Below are positions 26,766 to 37,807 of a stretch of 64,000 nucleotides of DNA, piece after piece. The notes below the pieces were generated by a model. That model was not told the origin of the DNA. It made no database searches and saw only the letters and a list, made by a program, of their open reading frames with translations. Position numbers and translations under genes: made by a program. How positions within the stretch are numbered: position 1 is the stretch's first letter; each line of letters opens with the position of its first letter. This DNA is from Mycobacterium sp. (lineage in GTDB: Bacteria > Actinomycetota > Actinomycetes > Mycobacteriales > Mycobacteriaceae): positions 3,917-67,916 of the forward strand of contig DASYJS010000370.1 in NCBI GenBank assembly GCA_035996225.1. The letters are read 5' to 3'.

Positions 26766-28025
26766 ATGCGGGTTTTGCCACGTAGCTTCGAGGGAGCGGG
26801 CACAGATGAGTACTGTGTTCGCGTGGCGGATACCAGCGACACAGAGTTGCAACGGGTGCGCAGGGTTCACCAACTTCGCTCGTATCGCATTGCGTCGGTG
26901 GTTCGGATCGGTGTGGTGGGACTGATGGTCGCCGCGATGATCATCGGCACGCGCCGATCCGAATGGCCGCATCAGAGTCTATTGATCATCATGTACGCGT
27001 TCGTTGCACTTTGCGCCGTAGCTCTGGCGTTTTCCCCGGTCCATCGATGGGTTGCGCGGGGCCGGCTCGAGCCGCTTGCTTTCACGGTCATTGACGTCGT
27101 CGCGTTGACGGTCTTTCAGTTGCTGTCCACCGGCGCGATCTATCCGCTGCTGATCATGACGATGCTGCCCATCCTGCTGGGCCTTGACGTCTCTTCGCGG
27201 CGCGCCGCGGTGGTGCTGACCTTTTCCATGGTGGGGTTCGCGATCGCGGTATTCCAAGACCCGGACATGCTGCGCTCGGTCGGACTGTTTGAGGCCACCT
27301 TTCGCTTTGTGCTGTACGGGTTCTTGTGCGCCACGGCGTATGTGGCCGTGCGTATCGCGGACCGGCACACCCGCTCGGTGGCGGGCCTGAGCGTGCTGCG
27401 GGAGGAACTGCTTGCTCAGACGATGACCGCGTCGGATGTGCTGCAGCGCCGGATTTCGGAATCCATTCACGACGGACCGCTTCAAGATATCCTGGCGGTG
27501 CGCCAGGAACTCGTCGAGCTGGAGACGGCCCTCCCCGGCGACGAACGCGTCGAGCGCGCGCTAGCCGGTCTTCAAGTTGCCTCACAAAGCCTGCGGCAGG
27601 CGACTTTCGAGCTGCACCCGGCCGTGCTCGAGCAGGTCGGTCTGGGTGCCGCGGTGCATCAGTTGGCCTCCGATACGGCGCAGCGTTCGGGCATCGAGAT
27701 CTCCACCGACATCGATTACCCGATCCGCAACGAGGTCGATCCGATCGTATTCGGCGTGGTGCGCGAACTGGTGTCCAATGTGGTGCAGCACTCGCAAGCC
27801 CGCCACGCATCGCTCACGCTCGGGATCTCCGACGACAGATGTGTTTTGCATGTGGTCGACGACGGTGTGGGATTCAGCAGCGAGACGATGGAACGCCGAC
27901 TGGGGGAGGGCCACATCGGGCTCGCGTCACACCGGGCCCGGGTCGACGCCGCACGCGGAGTATTCGTCTTCCTCGATGCTGCCGTAGGCACCCACATCTG
28001 CGTGGAAGTACCGCTGAGGTTGTGA
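26766..28025 (+). CDS. narS: Sensor histidine kinase NarS (HisKA_3 type)
   Basis: Four or more N-terminal TM segments, H-box ISESIHDGPLQDI, HATPase region VVDDGVGF. Divergent from narL. Confidence 0.88.
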   Translation: MRVLPRSFEGAGTDEYCVRVADTSDTELQRVRRVHQLRSYRIASVVRIGVVGLMVAAMIIGTRRSEWPHQSLLIIMYAFVALCAVALAFSPVHRWVARGRLEPLAFTVIDVVALTVFQLLSTGAIYPLLIMTMLPILLGLDVSSRRAAVVLTFSMVGFAIAVFQDPDMLRSVGLFEATFRFVLYGFLCATAYVAVRIADRHTRSVAGLSVLREELLAQTMTASDVLQRRISESIHDGPLQDILAVRQELVELETALPGDERVERALAGLQVASQSLRQATFELHPAVLEQVGLGAAVHQLASDTAQRSGIEISTDIDYPIRNEVDPIVFGVVRELVSNVVQHSQARHASLTLGISDDRCVLHVVDDGVGFSSETMERRLGEGHIGLASHRARVDAARGVFVFLDAAVGTHICVEVPLRL

Positions 28026-28041
28026 ACCGGCCGAGCTCCGG

Positions 28042-29655
28042 CTACTGCAGATCGACGGACTTCCCGGTGGCGGCGGCGTAACCCGCGCGGTAACCGAAAA
28101 CCATTGCCGGACCAATGGTTCCGCCAGCGCCGCCGTAGGCCCGGCCGGTCGCACCGGCCATCGTATTGCCCGCGGCGAACAGGCCCGGGATGGGTTCGCC
28201 ACTGACGTGGAGCACGCGGCCGTCGTAGTCGGTGCGCGGTCCACCCTTGGTGCCCATCGCGCCGATGCACACCGGGACCGCGTAATAGGGCGCGGTGTCG
28301 ATCGGGCCGAGGGTCTTTCCGGCAGCCGTGGTGGCACTATCGTCGCCCCAATAGCCGTCGTACGCACTGGAACCGCGCCCGAAGTCGGGATCGGCGTCCT
28401 GCGCGACATGACGGTTCCACTCGTCGATCGTGCGGATCAGACCGGCGGCATCGATACCGGCCTTGGCGCCCAGCTCGTTCAGGTCGGCGGATTCGCAGAA
28501 CCAGTCGGGCACCGGCTCACCGGGCGCGATACCCAGAAATCCGTAGCGCTGCAGATGAACTGAATCGAAGACCATCCATCCGCGATCGTTGACGTACCCG
28601 CCTCGCGGATCCAGGTAGTGGAACGCGCCGGCCATCGAGTTGTAATCACAAGCCTCATTGACGAATCGGTGCCCTGCCTCGTTGACGATGATGCTCCTCG
28701 GCCGAGTGCGCTCCAGCCGCACGCTGCGGCTGCGCTGCTTGCCTTCGATCGTGTCGCCGGGGATTTGCACGATCGGGACCCACCATGCTTCGCCCATGTT
28801 GGCCAGATCCGCGCCGTGTGCCATCGCCATGCGCAGCCCGTCGCCGGTGTTGTTCGGCGGGGAGACCGCACCGTGCATCGGGCCCCGCAGGAATGCCTGC
28901 ACCAAGCCCGGATCCCATTCGAAGCCGCCGACACCCAGGACGACGCCGCGGCGCGCACGCACGTTGATGCTTCGCCCGGGCAGCGCGATGCGGACCCCCG
29001 TGATCTCTGCGCCCTCGGCGATGAGTGCTTCGGCCCGGGCGTTGGTGTGCGGGGTCACGCCGGCGTCGAGCAATCCCTTGAGCAGCCCCGCTATCAGTGC
29101 GGTCCCGGCCACGCACAGATCGCTGCCTTCCTCTATCGCCGCGTGCAGGCGAGCGCGGGTCTCGGCATCGAAACCGACGTTGGACCAGTCGGCGGGAAAC
29201 GATGTGATCCGGCCGCCCCACTCGCCGATTTGGTTGAGGTCGAAGGGCCCGGCGCTCAGCGACCGGCCCCCAGTCGGCTGTCCTCCCGGCAGCTCCGGCC
29301 GGTAATCGGGGAAGCCGGTAGCGACCTCGAAGCGCAGCCCGCTGTGGGCCTCCACGAATTCCAGCATCGCCGGGCCGGTCCGCACGAACGTCTCGACCAG
29401 AGCGTCATCCATCGTGCCGAGGGACTGTGCGCGCAAATACTTCAACGCGTCGTCTTGAGTCAATTCCCCATCGGGAGAACGGTTATGGGCGGGAATCCAT
29501 ACGACGCCACCCGACACCGCGGTGGTCCCGCCGACGGTCGGGGCCTTCTCGAACACCTCGACAGAGGCACCGGCGGCCACCGCTGACAGTGCGGCGGTGA
29601 GCCCCGCCCCGCCGGTACCCAGCACGACGACATCGACTTCGGAGTCCCAAGACAT
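28042..29655 (-). CDS. FAD-dependent oxidoreductase, KstD/fumarate-reductase flavoprotein-like
   Basis: DVVVLGTGGAGLTAAL dinucleotide fold, GGTTAVSGG, C-terminal GLFAAGN. ATG at 29655 (MSWDSEVD). Confidence 0.85.
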   Translation of the reverse strand: MSWDSEVDVVVLGTGGAGLTAALSAVAAGASVEVFEKAPTVGGTTAVSGGVVWIPAHNRSPDGELTQDDALKYLRAQSLGTMDDALVETFVRTGPAMLEFVEAHSGLRFEVATGFPDYRPELPGGQPTGGRSLSAGPFDLNQIGEWGGRITSFPADWSNVGFDAETRARLHAAIEEGSDLCVAGTALIAGLLKGLLDAGVTPHTNARAEALIAEGAEITGVRIALPGRSINVRARRGVVLGVGGFEWDPGLVQAFLRGPMHGAVSPPNNTGDGLRMAMAHGADLANMGEAWWVPIVQIPGDTIEGKQRSRSVRLERTRPRSIIVNEAGHRFVNEACDYNSMAGAFHYLDPRGGYVNDRGWMVFDSVHLQRYGFLGIAPGEPVPDWFCESADLNELGAKAGIDAAGLIRTIDEWNRHVAQDADPDFGRGSSAYDGYWGDDSATTAAGKTLGPIDTAPYYAVPVCIGAMGTKGGPRTDYDGRVLHVSGEPIPGLFAAGNTMAGATGRAYGGAGGTIGPAMVFGYRAGYAAATGKSVDLQ

Positions 29656-29669
29656 CAACTGCCATCCCT

Positions 29670-30347
29670 TCAGCTCAGCAGCTCGGACAACTGCTTCGCG
29701 GCTTTGACGACCGCCTCCCTCCCGCGCATCACGACATCTTCCCGATGGGAGATGAGGTTGATGCAAGTTGGTGGGGACGGAGCTTGGCGGTGGACCGCCA
29801 CGGCCAGGCCGTACGTATTCGGTTCGATCTCTGCATAAGTCGTTACCCAGCCACGTTCGCGCGCCCGCGACACCAAGTCCCGCTCACCCGGGCGCGGGGG
29901 CAGGCTTGAGAGCAAGGCGATCCCGGCGGCGCCGCGGTCCAGTGGATACCGGCTGCCCTCGTGAAAGGACAGCTGGTAGGCGACGTGGCTCGGCACGATC
30001 ACCGCGACCGCCACTTGTTGGTCGCCCTCGGCGACGAGCAACGACACGGTCGTGCCCAGATCGTCGGCCAGGGCGCGCAGCGTCGGCAGACTCAGTTGGC
30101 GCACATTGCGGTCGAACGACGCGCCGAGCACTGCCAGGCCCGCGGCCGGCCGATAACGCCCGTCTTCTCCCTTGGCCACCAAGCGGAACTGGGTCAACGT
30201 CGACAGCAAGCGATAGGCGATGGTCCGGTGCACACCGACCTGGTCGGCGAGTTGCTGCACGGTCAGCCCGGTCGAGGAAGCCGCCACCATTTGCAGCGCG
30301 GTAATTCCCCTGGCCAGCGTCTGCGAGCCGGTACTCGAACCCGTCAC
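29670..30347 (-). CDS. IclR-family transcriptional regulator
   Basis: LARGITALQMVAASSTGLTVQQLADQVGVHRTIAYRLLSTL wHTH plus an IclR effector domain. GTG start. Confidence 0.88.
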   Translation of the reverse strand: MTGSSTGSQTLARGITALQMVAASSTGLTVQQLADQVGVHRTIAYRLLSTLTQFRLVAKGEDGRYRPAAGLAVLGASFDRNVRQLSLPTLRALADDLGTTVSLLVAEGDQQVAVAVIVPSHVAYQLSFHEGSRYPLDRGAAGIALLSSLPPRPGERDLVSRARERGWVTTYAEIEPNTYGLAVAVHRQAPSPPTCINLISHREDVVMRGREAVVKAAKQLSELLS

Positions 30348-30400
30348 AGCCTTGACAGACCTCCATGCGAGAGCGAAGCTCTAATATATAACGCACGTCA

Positions 30401-30419
30401 GTGTGCGATATTCGCACAC
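30401..30419. promoter_or_regulatory. Candidate IclR operator
   Basis: GTGTGCGA-tat-TCGCACAC, a perfect 8-bp inverted repeat in the 127-bp divergent IclR/mhpC intergenic region. Confidence 0.45.
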
Positions 30420-30474
30420 CAGATAAGTCTAAAACGAGAACCAGATTTCCACCAGTAGTGGGCAGAGAGGAACC

Positions 30475-31338
30475 GTGGCGGAGTTCGAAAGCATCTGGAG
30501 CGATCTCCAGGGTGTCGCGTTCGAGCAGGGCTATCTCGACGCGGGGGGAGTCAGGACCCGCTACCTGCGCGCCGGTGATCCCGGCAAGCCGGTGCTGGTG
30601 CTGCTGCACGGATCCGGCGGCCACGCCGAGGCTTATGTGCGCAATCTGGGCGCGCACGCCGAGCATTTCTGGACCTGGTCGATCGACATGCTGGGCCACG
30701 GTTACACCGACAAGCCGGGCCACCCGCTGGAAGTCAGCCACTATGTCGAGCATCTGATGGCGGTACTGCGCACCATCGGTGTGGATCGCGCCTACATCAG
30801 CGGTGAATCGCTAGGGGGCTGGGTGGCCGCCCGCACCGCGGTCGATCATCCGGATGTGGTTGAACGACTGGTCCTTAACACCGCCGGTGGCTCCCAGGCC
30901 GACCCCGTGGTGATGCAACGGATCATCACGCTGTCCATGGCCGCCGCCGAGGATCCGGCCTGGGAAACGGTGCAAGCGCGCATCAAATGGCTGATGGCCG
31001 ACAAGACCAAGGGTTACGACGACCTGGTCGCCAGCCGCCAACGGGTATATCGCCAACCGGGATTCGTCTCCGCCATGAGCGACATCATGGCGTTGCAGGA
31101 CCCCGAGATTCGCGCGCGCAACATCCTCGGCCCCAACGAATACGGGTCGATCATCGCGCCGACGCTGGTGCTGTGGACCAGTGACGACCCCACCGCCGAT
31201 GTGACCGAGGGACGCCGGATGGCGTCGATGATCCCCAACGCGCGGTTCGAGGTGATGCCGGGTTGTGGCCACTGGCCGCAGTACGAGGACGCCAAGACCT
31301 TCAACCGTCTGCATCTCGACTTCCTGCTCGGGCGCTGA
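30475..31338 (+). CDS. mhpC: Meta-cleavage product (C-C bond) hydrolase, MhpC/BphD-like
   Basis: LLHGSGG, nucleophile elbow [17 protein letters not shown] with AGAGAGGAA upstream. Confidence 0.8.
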   Translation: MAEFESIWSDLQGVAFEQGYLDAGGVRTRYLRAGDPGKPVLVLLHGSGGHAEAYVRNLGAHAEHFWTWSIDMLGHGYTDKPGHPLEVSHYVEHLMAVLRTIGVDRAYISGESLGGWVAARTAVDHPDVVERLVLNTAGGSQADPVVMQRIITLSMAAAEDPAWETVQARIKWLMADKTKGYDDLVASRQRVYRQPGFVSAMSDIMALQDPEIRARNILGPNEYGSIIAPTLVLWTSDDPTADVTEGRRMASMIPNARFEVMPGCGHWPQYEDAKTFNRLHLDFLLGR

Positions 31339-33050
31339 TGGGAACCGCCGGGCGCGAAACGAAAGGACTAGATGTCGACGTTGTCATCGTCGGCGCGGGC
31401 CCGGTCGGTTTGACGCTGGCCAATATCCTTGGCCTGCAAGGAATTCGCACGCTGGTAGTCGATGAACGAGACACGCTCATCGACTACCCACGCGGGGTCG
31501 GCCTGGACGACGAGGCGCTGCGCACCTTCCAGTCGATTGGTTTGGTCGACCGAGTCCTGCCGCATACGGTCCCGAACCAGATCCTGCGTTTCGTCGACGC
31601 CAAGCGCCGGGTGCTTGCCGAAATGGCGCCGCCCGATGCGCGTTTCGGTTGGCCGAAGCGCAACGGGTTCGTGCAACCGCTCGTCGACGCGGAATTGCTT
31701 TCTGGTCTCGACAGATTCGACTGTGTCGAGGTGCGGTGGAGCCGGCCGATGACGGCCTGCGAGGAAGCCGCCGATGCGGTGACGGTTGAGCTTGGCGGCG
31801 ATCCGGACGGCTCCACGGTGCGGGCGGGTTACGTCGTGGGCTGCGACGGCGGCCGCAGCATGACCCGCCGGATGATGGGCGTGTCCTTCGACGGCACGAC
31901 GTCGTCGACGCGCTGGTTGGTGGTCGACATCGCCAACGATCCGCTGGGCCACCCCAACAGCGAGGTCGGTGCCGACCCTGAACGTCCGTATGCCTCGATT
32001 TCGATCGCGCACGGGATTCGCCGCTTCGAGTTCATGATTCACGCCGACGAATCCGATGAGGAGGCCGAGGATCCGGCCTTCCTGAACGCGATGCTGGCCC
32101 GCATGGTGCCGAACCCCGACCGGGTCGACGTGATCCGGCGCCGGATCTACACACACCACTCGCGAATTGCCGGCGCGTTCCGCAGCGGCCGGTTGCTGCT
32201 GGCCGGCGACGCCGCGCACCTGATGCCGGTGTGGCAGGGGCAGGGCTACAACAGCGGAATTCGGGATGCGGCCAACCTGGGCTGGAAGCTGGCGGCGGTG
32301 GTCAGCGGCCGGGCCGACGACGGACTGCTGAACACCTACGACATGGAGCGCCGCAAGCACGCGCGGGCCATGATCGACCTTTCCACCATGGTGGGGCGGG
32401 TCATCTCGCCGACCAACCGCCGTATCGCCACGGCACGCGACCTGGTGGTGCGGTCGGCGTCGATCGTGCCCACGCTCAAGCGATATGTGCTCGAGATGCG
32501 GTTCAAGCCGATGCCGCGGTACGAGCAAGGGGCCGTCGTGCACTCGGTACCGCGCAGGGCCGAATCGCCCGTCGGCACCCTATTCATTCAGCCTCGGGTT
32601 GATACCCGGACACAGCAAGATGTCCTGTTGGACGATGTGCTGGGCACTTGGTTCGCCGTGCTGTGCTGGAACAACAACCCGCGCAAGATTCTCGGCGATG
32701 AGGCCTTCGCGAAGTGGAAATCGCTGGGCGCCCGCTTTGTTGCACTGCGGCCGTTGACTCAGCTGCACTGGACCGGGCACGACGATCCGGATGTCGTCGT
32801 CGTGGGCGATCGCACCGGCGGCCTGAAGTCCTGGTTCGACGGGCACCAGGAATCGGTGGTGTTCCTGCGTCCCGATCGGTGCATCGCGGGTGCCTGTATC
32901 GCGCAGCTGACTCCCGAGCTGAGCGCGTCGCTGCTTGATGCTTTGACCCTCATCCCGGGAGGGGGTGACGTCGACAGTGGCAATGGCTCTGTGCTGTATG
33001 TCCCACAGCCCGCTCCTGAATCTTCCGGGGCCGTCGCGGGACCTGCTTGA
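31338..33050 (+). CDS. mhpA: 3-(3-hydroxyphenyl)propionate/3-hydroxycinnamate hydroxylase-type FAD monooxygenase (MhpA-like)
   Basis: [56 protein letters not shown] start/stop overlap with mhpC. Confidence 0.85.
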   Translation: MGTAGRETKGLDVDVVIVGAGPVGLTLANILGLQGIRTLVVDERDTLIDYPRGVGLDDEALRTFQSIGLVDRVLPHTVPNQILRFVDAKRRVLAEMAPPDARFGWPKRNGFVQPLVDAELLSGLDRFDCVEVRWSRPMTACEEAADAVTVELGGDPDGSTVRAGYVVGCDGGRSMTRRMMGVSFDGTTSSTRWLVVDIANDPLGHPNSEVGADPERPYASISIAHGIRRFEFMIHADESDEEAEDPAFLNAMLARMVPNPDRVDVIRRRIYTHHSRIAGAFRSGRLLLAGDAAHLMPVWQGQGYNSGIRDAANLGWKLAAVVSGRADDGLLNTYDMERRKHARAMIDLSTMVGRVISPTNRRIATARDLVVRSASIVPTLKRYVLEMRFKPMPRYEQGAVVHSVPRRAESPVGTLFIQPRVDTRTQQDVLLDDVLGTWFAVLCWNNNPRKILGDEAFAKWKSLGARFVALRPLTQLHWTGHDDPDVVVVGDRTGGLKSWFDGHQESVVFLRPDRCIAGACIAQLTPELSASLLDALTLIPGGGDVDSGNGSVLYVPQPAPESSGAVAGPA

Positions 33051-33915
33051 CGATATCGAAGGCGGCATCGCGCAGGCACGGGAATTCGTCCGCGATTACG
33101 ATCCCGAACTCGTCGTGATCATATCTCCGGATCACTACAACGGGTTCTTCTACAAGGCGATGCCGCCGTTCTGTATCGGTTTGAACGCCAACGGAGTTGG
33201 TGATTACGGCACGCATGCCGGTCCGCTCGACGTTCCGACGGACCTGGCCTCGCAGTGTGCCGAGGCCGTGCTCGACGCCGGTGTCGACGTCGCGGTATCG
33301 GCCAGCATGGACGTTGATCACGGCACCGTGCAGCCACTGGAGAAGCTCTTCGGGGACGCCACCTCGCGTCCGGTGATACCGCTTTTCATCAACGCGGTCG
33401 CGGTGCCGCTGGGGCCGTTGCATCGGTGCCGGGCCCTGGGCACCGCCGTGGGCACCTTTCTGGCCACCCTGGACAAGCGGGTCTTGGTCATTGGATCCGG
33501 TGGACTCTCGCACAGTCCGCCGGTGCCGACGCTGGCGACCGCACCTCCAGCGGTCTTGGAGCGGATCGTGCAGGGCCGGCCGATGACGTCCGAGCAGCGG
33601 CAAGCCCGTCAGGTGGCCGTCATCGAGGCGGCCAAGGCGTTCGCCGGTGGCGTGAGTGACCTGCAACCTCTCAACCCGGCGTGGGACCATCGTTTCCTGG
33701 AGATCATCGACGCCGGCCGGCTCGCCGAGTTCGATCACTGGTCGAACGCGTTCGTACTCTACGAGGGCGGTAGTTCCGCGCACGAAATCCGAACATGGGT
33801 AGCGGCTTTCGCCGCGCTGGAAACTACGGGGCCGTATCAGACTGCGCTGCGCTACTACAAGCCGGCCGAAGCACTGATCGCCGGGTTCGCCATCAGGACG
33901 GCGGTGCCGACATGA
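32983..33915 (+). CDS. mhpB: LigB-type extradiol dioxygenase, 2,3-dihydroxyphenylpropionate 1,2-dioxygenase (MhpB-like)
   Basis: [34 protein letters not shown]. Start at 32983 or 32998. Overlaps the mhpA 3' end by 53-68 nt. Confidence 0.85.
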   Translation: MALCCMSHSPLLNLPGPSRDLLDDIEGGIAQAREFVRDYDPELVVIISPDHYNGFFYKAMPPFCIGLNANGVGDYGTHAGPLDVPTDLASQCAEAVLDAGVDVAVSASMDVDHGTVQPLEKLFGDATSRPVIPLFINAVAVPLGPLHRCRALGTAVGTFLATLDKRVLVIGSGGLSHSPPVPTLATAPPAVLERIVQGRPMTSEQRQARQVAVIEAAKAFAGGVSDLQPLNPAWDHRFLEIIDAGRLAEFDHWSNAFVLYEGGSSAHEIRTWVAAFAALETTGPYQTALRYYKPAEALIAGFAIRTAVPT

Positions 33916-35624
33916 CGGATGTGGATATGGACGGCTTGGATCACGTCGTCGACGTGTTGATCATCGGGTCTGGCGGTGGCGGCATGGCGGCTGCCCTGAC
34001 CGCGCACGCGTCCGGACTCGACGCGTTGGTGGTCGAAAAGTCCTCCCATTTCGGCGGTTCCACCGCTTTGTCGGGAGGCGGCATCTGGGTACCCGGAGCG
34101 CCCGCGCAACGCCGCGAGGGCTACTCCCCGGATCCCGAAAGCGTGGTCGAATACCTGGTCAAGATCACCGACGGCCTGGTCAGCGAGGCGCGCATCCGGC
34201 AGTACGTCGAGTCGGCACCGAAAATGCTCGAGTTCTTCGAACAACTGTCGGGCTGGTTTGAGTTCGTCTGGAAACCCGGCTACGCCGACTATTACCCGGA
34301 ATTGCCGGGGGGCTCCGAACTCGGCAGCACGATCAACGTGCCGCCCATCGATCTGCGCAAATTGGGCCCAGACGAACAGACGATGCTCAAGCCGCTCGCG
34401 CTCGCCCCCAGGGGAATCTGGCTGGGTCCCAAGGAACTTCGGACCTTCTACCGGATCAGGCAGTCCTGGGCTGGTAAGGGTGTGCTGCTCAAATTGATTT
34501 GGCGAATGGTCAAGGCGAGAGCGTTCAACGAGCGGATGGCCGCGATCGGGCAGTCGTTGGCCGCACGGCTTCGGCTCGCGATGCGTGAGAGTGGTATTCC
34601 GCTGTGGCTCGACGCACCGATGACCGAGTTGCTCACCGACGCAAACGGATCGGTGACCGGAGCGGTGCTCGAACGGGATGGCGCCAAGCAGCGGATCGGT
34701 GCGCGCCGAGGAGTCATCCTGGCTTCCGGCGGCTTCGATCACGACCTTGCCTGGCGCAAGCAGCAGCTACCCGTTGTGGACCAGGACTGGAGCTTCGGCA
34801 ATCCCGCCGCGATGGGCGATGGCATCCGTGCAGGCCAGAAGGTTGGCGCAGCAACCGACCTGCTCGACGAGGCCTGGTGGTTCCCGGCCATCCAATGGCC
34901 GGATGGCCGAATGCAATTCATGCTCAACGAGCGGATGATGCCGGCGCAATTCATCGTCAACGGCGAGGGTAGGCGCTTCGTCAACGAAGCGGCGCCGTAC
35001 ATGGACTTCGGCCACGCCATGATCGACGGGCAGAAGTCCGGAGTCACTCATATCCCGTGCTGGCTGATCACCGATCACCGGTCGTGGAATCGCTATGTCG
35101 TCGGCGGCCACCTCCCGATACCGAAAATCCCCGGCGCGCCGGTCCCCACGGGCCGTAAGGTGCCGTCGGCCTGGCTGGAATCCGGCGTGGTCAAAGCGGC
35201 AACCAGCTGGGACGACATGGCGACCAAAATCGGCGTCCCGGCAGCCGAACTCCGGGAAACTGCGGCTCGTTTCAACGAACTCGCGCGTAAGGGTCACGAC
35301 GACGATTTCGACCGAGGAGACAGCGTTTACGACAATTACTACGGCGATCCGACGCTGCCCAACCCCAATCTGCATCCGCTGGGTGACCCGCCCTACTACG
35401 CGTTCCGAATCGTCCTCGGCGATCTCGGGACCTCGGGTGGTCTACTGACGGACGAATACGCCCGAGTGCTGCGGTCCGACGGCACCATCGTGCCCGGGCT
35501 GTATGCGGTCGGTAATACCTCGGCGCCGGTGATGGGCCGCAGCTATGCGGGCGCCGGAGCGACCATCGGTCCCGCCATGACCTTCGGCTTTGTCGCCGCG
35601 AAACACCTTGCCAGCCAGGCTTAG
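33912..35624 (+). CDS. FAD-dependent oxidoreductase, KstD-like (second copy)
   Basis: [41 protein letters not shown] overlap with mhpB. Confidence 0.85.
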   Translation: MTDVDMDGLDHVVDVLIIGSGGGGMAAALTAHASGLDALVVEKSSHFGGSTALSGGGIWVPGAPAQRREGYSPDPESVVEYLVKITDGLVSEARIRQYVESAPKMLEFFEQLSGWFEFVWKPGYADYYPELPGGSELGSTINVPPIDLRKLGPDEQTMLKPLALAPRGIWLGPKELRTFYRIRQSWAGKGVLLKLIWRMVKARAFNERMAAIGQSLAARLRLAMRESGIPLWLDAPMTELLTDANGSVTGAVLERDGAKQRIGARRGVILASGGFDHDLAWRKQQLPVVDQDWSFGNPAAMGDGIRAGQKVGAATDLLDEAWWFPAIQWPDGRMQFMLNERMMPAQFIVNGEGRRFVNEAAPYMDFGHAMIDGQKSGVTHIPCWLITDHRSWNRYVVGGHLPIPKIPGAPVPTGRKVPSAWLESGVVKAATSWDDMATKIGVPAAELRETAARFNELARKGHDDDFDRGDSVYDNYYGDPTLPNPNLHPLGDPPYYAFRIVLGDLGTSGGLLTDEYARVLRSDGTIVPGLYAVGNTSAPVMGRSYAGAGATIGPAMTFGFVAAKHLASQA

Positions 35625-35642
35625 TCTCTTAAGGAGGTAACA

Positions 35643-36947
35643 ATGAAAATTTCACTGTTCTACGAGTTCGCTCTGCCGCGTCCTTGGGTACCGGATGACG
35701 AACATGTCATGTTGCAAGACTGCCTGAACGAGGTAGAGGCCGCCGATAAGGCGGGGTTTTCTACCGTCTGGCTGACCGAGCATCACTTCCTCGAGGAATA
35801 CTGTCATTCCACCGCGCCGGAGATATTCCTGGCCGCGGCCAGCCAGCGGACCAAGGACATCCGGCTCGGGTTCGGCATCATGCACCTACCGCCCGCGGTG
35901 AATCACCCCGCACGGGTGGCCGAACGCATTGCCACTCTTGACCTCCTGTCCAATGGGCGAGTCGAGTTCGGCACCGGCGAATCCTCCTCCGTCGGTGAGC
36001 TCGGCGGGTTCAATATTGATCCCGCCGACAAACGCGGGCAGTGGGAAGAGGCCCTCGAGGTCGCGATCCGATGCATGGTCGAGGAACCCTTCTCGGGGTT
36101 CAAAGGCCAGCACGTCGAGATGCCGGCCCGCAACGTGGTGCCCAAGCCGCTGCAGAAGCCGCATCCCCCCGTCTGGGTCGCCTGCACCCGGCCGGCGAGT
36201 GTGCAGATGGCTGCCCAAAAAGCCATCGGGGCTTTGAGTTTCGCCTATACCGGTCCCGGACCGCTGACCGAGCGGGTCAACGGTTACTACAAGGAGTTCG
36301 AGGAGAACGGCGTGCCGATCACGCCGCAGATCAACCCGAACATCCTGGCCATCGGTGGCGACCTGTCGATGATGGTCGCCAAGACCGACGAACAGGCCCT
36401 GCAACGGCTCGGGCAGGGCGGCGGATTCTTCTCGTTCGGCATCATGCACTACTACATGACCGGCGTGCACACTCCCGGGCGGACCGGAGTATGGAAGCGC
36501 TACCTCGAAGAGGTCGAAAAGGATCCGACGCTGGCCTACGGTCCGGGACGTGGCGCGATCGGATCTCCGGCCACCGTGCGCGAGTTCCTGCGTGGCTACG
36601 AGGATAGCGGCGTCGACGAGATCATCCTGCTGCTCAATCCACGCAGCCACGAGGGCACCATGGAATCCATCGAGCTGATGGGCAAAGAGGTGCTGCCCGA
36701 GTTCATCGAGCGCGACAAAAAGGCGGTGGCCGAGAAGGCTAAGCGGCTGGCGCCCGTCATCGAAAAGGTCGAGGCGCGGCGGAAGGAATCCACCGCACCG
36801 AAATTCGATGAAAACTACTCCTTCGGCGGCCTGCCCACCGGTCGTGGCGGTAAGTTCACTGCTAGCGAGATCCCCGAGGCCATGGCCGAGATCAACGAGG
36901 GCCGTGTCCAGGCGGCGCAGCGCGCCAAGGAGGAGCGCAGCAAGTGA
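35643..36947 (+). CDS. LLM-class flavin-dependent monooxygenase with a long C-terminal extension
   Basis: FSTVWLTEHHF, GRVEFGTGES, PHPPVW. AAGGAGG lies 5 nt before the ATG. About 80 aa of charged tail. Confidence 0.85.
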   Translation: MKISLFYEFALPRPWVPDDEHVMLQDCLNEVEAADKAGFSTVWLTEHHFLEEYCHSTAPEIFLAAASQRTKDIRLGFGIMHLPPAVNHPARVAERIATLDLLSNGRVEFGTGESSSVGELGGFNIDPADKRGQWEEALEVAIRCMVEEPFSGFKGQHVEMPARNVVPKPLQKPHPPVWVACTRPASVQMAAQKAIGALSFAYTGPGPLTERVNGYYKEFEENGVPITPQINPNILAIGGDLSMMVAKTDEQALQRLGQGGGFFSFGIMHYYMTGVHTPGRTGVWKRYLEEVEKDPTLAYGPGRGAIGSPATVREFLRGYEDSGVDEIILLLNPRSHEGTMESIELMGKEVLPEFIERDKKAVAEKAKRLAPVIEKVEARRKESTAPKFDENYSFGGLPTGRGGKFTASEIPEAMAEINEGRVQAAQRAKEERSK

Positions 36948-36967
36948 TTCCGGAAGCCGGTTGAGCC

Positions 36968-37807
36968 TTGGCAGCAATCGACGAACTGTGGCGGTACGAC
37001 GGCCGCCGAGCGGTGGTGACCGGATGTGCGTCGGGCATCGGCGAACATGTGGTGCGACAACTCGTCGAACTGGGGGCCGAGGTCGTCGGACTGGACAAGC
37101 GCCGACCGTCCTTCGACGTCAACGACTTCCATGAGGTCGACCTCGCCGACCCGGAGTCGATCGATGCAGCCGTAGCGTCCATCGGCGGGCGGGTCGACGC
37201 GCTTTTCAACGTCGCCGGTGTCTCGTCCGGGATCGGCAACCCGTCGCTGGTTGCCACGATCAACTTCCTGGGCCTGCGGCATGTCACCGAGGCACTGGTC
37301 GGCAAGATGGCCGCGGGGTCGTCCATCGTGAGCGTGTCCTCGCTCGCGGCGGCCGCCTATCGCGAGCATGCGGAGGCGGTGGCTCCACTGCTGAATACCG
37401 CGACGATGAAAGAGGGCATCGACTGGTGCCGCGACCATCCCGATGCGCTGGGCAACGGCTACCAACTGTCCAAAGAAGCCATCATCTTCTACACGATGCG
37501 AAGCGCAACGCCGTTGGGCGCCCGGGGCATCCGCATCAACTGCTCTGGCCCAGGGGTCACCGAGACCCCGATCCTTGATCAGTTACGGACGGCGTACGGG
37601 CAGGGTTTCCTCGACGACATACCCAAGCCCTTGGGTCGTGTCTCCGACCCCGCCGAGCAGGCTACGGTGTTGCTCTTCTTGAATGGTCGTGCAGCCAGCT
37701 ACGTCACGGGACAGGTCATCTGGGTCGACGGCGGAAACGTGGGTGCCGCGATCGCCCGTGAACTCGAGGAAGGAGCCCCTCCAGATGAGCCGAGCCGACT
37801 TGACTGA
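36968..37807 (+). CDS. Short-chain dehydrogenase/reductase
   Basis: VVTGCASGIG, NVAG, YQLSK. Only a TTG start is available at 36968, so the start is uncertain. Confidence 0.78.
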   Translation: MAAIDELWRYDGRRAVVTGCASGIGEHVVRQLVELGAEVVGLDKRRPSFDVNDFHEVDLADPESIDAAVASIGGRVDALFNVAGVSSGIGNPSLVATINFLGLRHVTEALVGKMAAGSSIVSVSSLAAAAYREHAEAVAPLLNTATMKEGIDWCRDHPDALGNGYQLSKEAIIFYTMRSATPLGARGIRINCSGPGVTETPILDQLRTAYGQGFLDDIPKPLGRVSDPAEQATVLLFLNGRAASYVTGQVIWVDGGNVGAAIARELEEGAPPDEPSRLD

